A DNA stretch of 64,000 bases, taken from Gordius albopunctatus (Eukaryota). The first letter of the stretch is position 1, and every line of letters starts with the position of its first letter. Positions 62,156 to 64,000 of this stretch are shown piece after piece. The notes beneath the pieces are model-generated. The model searched no databases, was not told the origin of the DNA, and saw only the letters and a program-made list of their open reading frames with translations. A program made the translations under genes and the position numbers. Where the stretch lies: NCBI GenBank assembly GCA_964276515.1, contig OZ193909.1:13950001-14014000 (forward strand). The letters are read 5' to 3'.

Positions 62156-62325
62156 CATGGGCGTAGCCAAGGGGGACAGGGATGGGGGGCTGCCCCCCCC
62201 CCTCTAAATCTAAAAAAATGTTGAAATTTATTAAAATTATAGGTCCAAATTTGAAAAAATGTTCATTTTGCCCTTCCCTAAATGATTATTGCCCCACTCT
62301 AATTCCAAAGCTGGCTACGCCCATG
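62156..62325. mobile_element. MITE of the CATGGGCGTAGCC-end family
   Basis: Perfect TIR CATGGGCGTAGCCA and perfect TSD TAACATGA. Empty paralogous site at about 37878. Confidence 0.92.
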
Positions 62326-64000
62326 TAACATGAGTTAAGATGACAACCTGATTTGTGTGTAAAAGATGGACTTTAGACTTTACTACAATGGAACCGTGTG
62401 TTAATAGTATATTTATGTATAATCTTATTCTATTTCACTTTCTAAATAAATAAGTTCAAATACAAAAAAAATGTTTTTAAATCTGTATTTATGAGGTAAA
62501 ACTCGTATTAATTTTAAAATGATTACAACTAGCCCTGGGGTATAGGATCTGTCTCCCCTACTTCAGTTAAAATTTAAGATCCATTTATAGCAAACAAAGT
62601 ACTTAAAACTTTTCTAATGCATCCTTCAGCCCTAACACTCTTTTTCATTTATTAATTTGACAAGTTTTACTAGCTATAGTCATATTTGGCAATTTTATTG
62701 AAGTTTTAACATTTATGATTATCGTGAAAAGATGAGGTATGTTGTTGGTTTAAAACACTTGAATGATCTAATTTCATGCCAGAATTTAAAGGTGACTACA
62801 GTTGTTAATTTAGGTCGGGAAATTTGTTAATGATAATTAGTATATAAATTTTGGAATTTGGCCGGGGTCAGATAAAGTAGAAGTTAGCAACGGTCAGCAT
62901 TAATTTGCAGGGAATTATTTAGCCAGTTTCGCATTCATCCGTTATAAATTAACAACCTAGACAAATTACCAAAATAAATTTATTAATAAAGGTAATCATA
63001 CAAGCACAAAAACAATAATTGTATTTGAGCTTAGGCGGGGTCGAAAAAAGTAAAACCCATCAGCGGTCAGCTAAACAAAAGTCTTTAACAGAAGCATAAG
63101 TCTACGCAATTAAAAACCTGTGTAAGTTTCCACGGCAATTATTAAAAAATTACAAGTTGGAGAGGACAGGACGAATAAGCAAAAAAGAGCCCATAAATTG
63201 CATAGAAATTTAAATAAAAAATAATTATAAATAATATTAAATTAATTCGCTCAATATTGCTAGAGGGTATAAATGGGGAAGCAAATATGGGCAGCTGCAC
63301 CCCTCCAAATCCAAAAATTCCTGATAAAAAGAACATTTTTTGCCCTATTTAAAATGCGCCCCTCCTATTTAAATTGGCTCCGCCCATGGGATCACGTGTA
63401 TAACTTATCTTTGACATTTATAATGCGGGTTGAACTATTGATGAATTAATGAACTAGGATGGGAACAAAGTTTAAGTTTACTTGTTAATTTAATATACAT
63501 AAAATAATTACAAATTAAAACATTATAAAAACAAACACCTTCTTTTATACTAAATATAATTAATTTTTTAACGGGCTTTTAACGGACCTCGTTACGTTAT
63601 ATATCGACTCGTCCAGGCCCGGCCCGTTGTTTTATTTGTAAGCAGAAGCCCGGCTCGCGGGTCGGGCAGTGCAGGTCTCTAATTTGTATCTTATTTTCGT
63701 TCGCCTTTTGTCGCGGGCGAAAATAATCGTCTGCGGGTTCACTATGAACGCCTCCTATTTACAATTGTTATTTTAATGATACATGATAAATTTCACGATC
63801 AATATAAAGATATTAAGAAAAAGAATGAGGAGTCTGATAAATTAGGCCAAAATTCATTTCGCTTTGCGCGTCATCACGAATGCCGCCATAGGGCTTGTCT
63901 TAATATCGGATTCAGATTCAAATCGCGCGAATTTATTTTCGTCTAAATATCCGATTTAATTTCATGGGTCAAACTCGTTTTTACTTATTAGTACTTTGTT

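Overview
AT-rich, transposon-dense animal (eukaryotic) genomic DNA with very short spliceosomal introns (36-50 nt). Host genes, all on the + strand, are an intronless ADAM10-like metalloprotease lacking the disintegrin/cysteine-rich part, an RPUSD1-like pseudouridine synthase, a multi-exon Ser/Thr-rich single-pass membrane protein with no recognisable family, MTRES1, and two paralogous BTB-BACK (BTBD1/2/3/6-like) genes lying in a tandem segmental duplication. The rest is mobile DNA: nested hAT elements and MITEs with 8-bp TSDs, a non-autonomous Helitron family, RTE and CRE-like LINE fragments, a Gypsy gag relic and a 1-kb miniature LTR element with a tRNA-Trp primer site. The most unusual feature is a GC-rich 2.4-kb RT-RNase H element (about 22.4-24.9 kb). 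It has no integrase, recombinase or endonuclease, its motifs lie between DIRS-type and hepadnavirus-type polymerases, and it ends in a compact structured terminus. All alignments were done by eye; no database searches were run.
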